Positions 20,863-24,431 of a stretch of DNA of 24,431 nt are shown here, piece after piece. The DNA comes from a virus. The position numbers were made by a program, and so were the translations under genes. The DNA is taken from the IMG/VR virus record IMGVR_UViG_3300045988_084596, positions 121,930 to 146,360 of that record; one strand, given 5' to 3'. The notes under the pieces were generated by a model that did no database searches, was not told where the DNA came from, and worked only from the letters and a program-made list of their open reading frames with translations. Numbering within the stretch: the stretch's first letter is position 1; every line of letters begins with the position of its first letter.

Positions 20863-20885
20863 TTAAGTTCCTCCTTTAAGAAATA

Positions 20886-21119
20886 TTAAAGGCCGAGCAT
20901 TTTCTTAAAGTTGGCAAACTCCTTATCGTAATCTAATCCTCTTTGAGACATAAGATTTCTAGCTATTTGTTCGATCTCTTCAGTTTTATTCTATTTGGCT
21001 AAGTCTAACAAATTAGCTCCAAATGGATTATTCCCCATCTAGTTTTCTAACATATTTAATGTCAACTACTGAGGATTCTATCCATTCCTAATCATTTGAA
21101 TTAATTCCATTGGGTTCAT
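20886..21119 (-). CDS. small hypothetical protein (77 aa); 5 in-frame TAG
   Basis: RBS AAGGAGAATATAAA then ATG 21119. A single frame runs to TAA (rc 20886-20888) with TAG as the only interruption. Absent from the ORF track. Confidence 0.45.
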
Positions 21120-21131
21120 TTTATATTCTCC

Positions 21132-21560
21132 TTAAAAATCTAATTTTGGCTTTGGTTCCTACTATTGCGTCGTGGTCTATTTATTATTAGGCTGCGGCGC
21201 AATTTTTTCTTTTAATTGAGCAAGTACAGTTTCAAATTCTTCTCTAGTTACAAACTGAGCAGGATTGATAACTGGTTCGGTTGGCATATTTTTTAATTCA
21301 TAAATATTAAGTGTAGAAGTTCCATCTAAATTTATCTATTTTGTATATATTCTTTTATTCGCTAAATCAGGAAAGAAAAATATAGAACCATCAAAGTCAA
21401 TGCTAGTCGCTTTTACTTCTTCAATAGAAGAAACTGGACGACCTTTAATTCCAATCTAGGGCTATTCCACATATGGCATCCTCTGCTGCGGTACATAAGG
21501 GGTCGCCGCATATTGAGGTTGCTATTGTTGTGGCATATAGTATGGATAATTAACTGCCAT
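21132..21560 (-). CDS. hypothetical protein with Q/P/Y-rich N-terminus (142 aa); 7 in-frame TAG
   Basis: RBS AAAGGAGGTAAAACT then ATG 21560. Contains MPQQ(TAG)QPQ and QTTTQ(TAG)(TAG)EPKP, so TAGs are embedded in CAA/CAG glutamine runs. Ends TAA 21132-21134. Confidence 0.55.
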
Positions 21561-21604
21561 AGTTTTACCTCCTTTAAAATATTCCCTTGGCCTTTCATTA
21601 TTAT

Positions 21605-21660
21605 ATAAAATTTTGGCAAAGATAATTTTACTATTTTGCCAAAATTTTTGCCAATTTTAG
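21605..21660. promoter_or_regulatory. cluster of TTGGCAA/TTGCCAA motifs (inverted pair plus direct copy) in the late promoter region
   Basis: TTGGCAA at 21613-21619. TTGCCAA at 21636-21642 and 21648-21654. Lies between the holin terminator and the next - strand operon. Confidence 0.4.
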
Positions 21661-21668
21661 TATAAAAA

Positions 21669-21694
21669 TATAATGGGGCATAGTAACCCCATTA
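21669..21694 (-). terminator. Rho-independent terminator after the holin gene
   Basis: ataatgggg pairs with ccccattat (9-bp stem) with a T-rich tract on the - strand side. Located 3 nt after the holin TGA. Confidence 0.55.
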
Positions 21695-21696
21695 TA

Positions 21697-22086
21697 TCAT
21701 GATGCTCTATTTTCATTAACTGCGGCTTCAATGAGATTAGTTAGATAAGTATTTAAGTCGCCAGTTGTCTCAATAATATATTGTTTTGCATCAGATGATA
21801 AGATCTCTAATACAGATTCCATAGTCTTATCAAATGCAATTTTTTGAGCCTCTGCATCAAAAGCGCCCTATTCCTTTAAGCTATTAACATAAGTCTGATT
21901 TGTAGCTATTACGCATTTGGTAATAGTATCAAATATCATAGTGGTGTATTTCTAAGCTGTTTCATTCTCTGTTTTAGAATTTAACTCATCTCGTTTAGCA
22001 GAGAGGAAATCTACGAGATATTTTGTTAAAATACCAAGCAGAGGAAGAATACAAAGCTAGAATATTTGAATAACAATTTCAGGCAT
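21697..22086 (-). CDS. putative holin (single N-terminal TM, amphipathic tail); 3 in-frame TAG
   Basis: RBS AAGGAGGAATTAAT then ATG 22086. IVIQIF(Q)LCILPLLGIL transmembrane segment followed by a charged helical tail. Ends TGA (rc 21697-21699). Confidence 0.5.
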
Positions 22087-22137
22087 ATTAATTCCTCCTT
22101 TATATTATATATAAAACAATAGGAAGATAATTTAACT

Positions 22138-22835
<698 letters not shown>

Positions 22836-22879
22836 GCGTTTTGATTTATATAAAATTTTATTATATAATATATATAAGA

Positions 22880-23128
22880 TTACCAAGGATAATCTCTAGC
22901 AATCAAAACATCGCCTTCTGGCATTATAAATTTATATCTACCATCTGAATAAACATCATCAATAGAGCTTCCATCTTTTATTAAATATACATTATCTGAT
23001 ATTCCTGCACTCATAGGACTGCTGTAAACAATTTCCCCAGGGGTTGCTCTTACTGGATAGCCATATTGAAGGCTTGTTTTATCTATTATTGAATACTTTT
23101 CCGTCTGAAAAGTTTGGTTAATAATCAT
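22880..23128 (-). CDS. hypothetical protein (82 aa), no TAG
   Basis: RBS GGAGGTG then ATG 23128 (ATGA-coupled to the upstream gene). Ends TAA. Confidence 0.55.
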   Translation of the reverse strand: MIINQTFQTEKYSIIDKTSLQYGYPVRATPGEIVYSSPMSAGISDNVYLIKDGSSIDDVYSDGRYKFIMPEGDVLIARDYPW

Positions 23129-23523
23129 GTTCGCACCTCCTACAAAATTATATATATCTATATATCATTTTCTGGAATTTTTTGGGCTTTAAAAGTTAAA
23201 CTATTTTCTTGTTGATTTATACACTAAATGCCTGAATTATTATATATATCTATATCTTTTATTGTTGGAGTTGGACAAATTATCTATTTGCCCTCATCGC
23301 TCAATACTCCAATTATATTTACTGTTTGAGTATTATTAGACCAAGCTGATGAATATAGAGTTATCAATTTAATAATAGGTTTAAGTGCAGAATTTGCTAA
23401 TATAGTATTGAACTCCTTTTCAGTTCCAGTAAACCCTCCTTCTTTAGCTGTTTCATAAGCAGATTTGCCGTTTAATCCAGGCTACCCTATTCCAGCAACC
23501 TTTTTCCCATTTACTTTTATCAT
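23125..23523 (-). CDS. tail-fibre-associated protein with GKSAYE...GF.GTE motif (132 aa); 5 in-frame TAG
   Basis: RBS GGAGGTAGT then ATG 23523. GKSAYETAKEGGFTGTEKEF motif, common in phage fibre and BppU-type proteins. The frame reads through the apparent AT-repeat intergenic region to TGA (rc 23125-23127). Confidence 0.55.
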
Positions 23524-23545
23524 AGTATAATACTACCTCCTAAAT

Positions 23546-24184
23546 TTAATCAATATTACCTCCAGTAGAAGTAATTGTAGCGGGACCAATAATTTTATAT
23601 GCTATAACTTGATAATTATTATTTATTAATATAGCTCCCAAACTTTCATATGCAGACTGAGGAGTAATTTTAAGTCCTGAAGAAGAACCTGCATTTATAG
23701 TTATAATACTATTTTTTATCACTTTATAATTATTTTTCTACACTACCCATACTGACATTGGCGCATTTTCATATTCTATTATTACAGTACATCCACTTAT
23801 ACCCCTCAATGATTCAAATATAATATCCACCGTTTCTATAGGGGTTTCTGTTGTAATCTATCCTATCTTATCTGCCATAGTTGAAAAACTATCGGTCGCC
23901 GCAGTTTCTACTCCTTTGTCAGTGACTGCGGTCGCTATTAGGGTTTTGCCCTCACTGACATCGGTAAAAAGCTCATCAATAGCTGATTGAACATTAGTGG
24001 CTTTCATACTTGAAGTTTCATTATTATATTCTATTGATGATGCAGTAAGATTTTCATTATCTTCTTCATCAAATTCAATAGTATAAGGTCCTAACCCTAA
24101 TGTTTCTCCCATTTCTGCGCTACCGCCTCCTGGTACGGTAATAGCATTTTGGTTTTTAACCTATCCAGTTAAAATACATTCCAT
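23546..24184 (-). CDS. tail fibre / receptor-binding protein (212 aa); 3 in-frame TAG
   Basis: RBS AAAGGAGAAAATATCT then ATG 24184. 24 codons upstream of ORF-track start 24112, and continuing through TAG 23858 to TAA 23546-23548. NVQSAIDELFTDVSEGKTLIATAVTDKGVETAATDSFSTMADKI resembles a conserved phage tail-fibre segment. Confidence 0.6.
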
Positions 24185-24215
24185 AGATATTTTCTCCTTT
24201 CATCTAAAACCTTTA

Positions 24216-24390
24216 AAAAAGTACACTTTACTGAACTTGGTCAACTATATATAATTTATCTACTCTTTCTTTCATATATATTTGAAAAGAGTAAGATACT
24301 CACTTTTGGGAAAAGGGTTTCTTACCCTTTTCCCAATTTTTTGTTATCTAGACAGAAGAAGTATTTTTCCTGTTAAAAAGTGTACTTTTT
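24216..24390. promoter_or_regulatory. candidate invertible DNA switch: two dyad-symmetric recombinase-type sites in inverted orientation flanking 159 bp
   Basis: Left site aaaaagt-AC-acttt (24216-24229). Right site aaaaagt-GT-acttttt (24375-24390). Each has symmetric arms around a central dinucleotide, and the dinucleotides (AC versus GT) are complementary, as expected for inverted serine-recombinase crossover sites. Confidence 0.35.
24306..24342 (+). terminator. perfect 13-bp-stem palindrome plus T6; + strand-oriented intrinsic terminator inside the candidate switch
   Basis: ttgggaaaagggt (24306-24318) pairs with acccttttcccaa (24324-24336), then tttttt (24337-24342). In the present orientation it does not terminate - strand transcription. 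Confidence 0.4.
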
Positions 24391-24401
24391 CTCGGAAATT
24401 G

Positions 24402-24431
24402 TTAATGACTTTCTAAAAGACTGGAGCGAAG
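24402..24431 (-). CDS. 3' end of an upstream - strand gene (partial, 9 codons)
   Basis: Frame from the window edge ...LRSSLLESH, ending in TAA (rc 24402-24404). Confidence 0.3.
   Translation of the reverse strand, partial: LRSSLLESH

Noticed and set aside
20197-20866. + strand ORFs 20197-20418 and 20627-20866.
   Set aside because: They are antisense to the well-supported - strand Cys/Gly-rich gene, which has a strong RBS and continuous frame. They have no RBS and poly-Pro/Lys low-complexity translations, so they are spurious.
737-21619. Short - strand ORFs embedded in + strand genes (737-925, 1592-1774, 4904-5182, 10417-10632, 12396-12617, 12996-13244, 14057-14260, 14366-14569, 15035-15253, 16870-17082, 19116-19334, 21413-21619) and + strand ORFs 7273-7458, 9935-10117, 10451-10687, 11871-12053.
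   Set aside because: They fully overlap larger homology-supported genes in another frame or strand. Their translations are I/F/L/K/Y-rich, typical of AT-rich antisense readings, and they have no RBS.
23140-23260. Duplicated ttatatatatctatat repeats near the invertase, considered as gix/hix-like crossover sites.
   Set aside because: They lie inside the continuous reading frame of the 23125-23523 gene, encoding DIDIYNN and DIQIYII. They are better explained as codon-level repeats than as recombination sites.

Overview
AT-rich (about 30% GC) tailed-phage or prophage segment with Shine-Dalgarno-led genes. Positions 1-18555 form a + strand replication and nucleotide-metabolism module: zinc-ribbon protein, DnaB helicase, DnaG primase, DnaJ-type zinc-finger protein, RecJ-like DHH nuclease, secreted lysozyme-like protein, RecD/Dda-like helicase, PolIII alpha, guanylate kinase, GIY-YIG homing endonuclease, NrdD, NrdG, membrane proteins, dUTPase, RuvC. 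At a pair of hairpin terminators (18071-18120 and 18561-18586) it converges on a - strand late module, 18570-24431: HExxH protein, BclA-C-like protein, Cys/Gly-rich membrane protein, holin, Hin/Gin-type serine recombinase, tail-fibre proteins. The main finding is that TAG is a sense codon here. About 70 in-frame TAGs lie inside about 24 otherwise intact, homology-consistent genes. Every ORF-track fragment boundary at a TAG continues in the same frame. No gene ends in TAG; all stops are TAA or TGA, several as ATGA overlaps. TAG context (inside poly-Q runs, a TAG-TAG-TAG triplet at a conserved RuvC position) points to glutamine. TAG density is strongly gene-specific: 0-2 per replication gene, 13 in the DHH nuclease, 9 in RuvC, 3-7 per small late gene. 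A second candidate system sits at the window end: two dyad-symmetric 14-16 bp sites in inverted orientation with complementary central dinucleotides (AC/GT) flank a 159-bp segment carrying an orientation-dependent terminator hairpin, immediately 5' of a tail-fibre gene and 1.4 kb from the serine invertase gene. This looks like an invertible switch. Recurrent TTGGCAA/TTGCCAA motifs mark the late intergenic regions. No tRNA, rRNA or CRISPR array was found.
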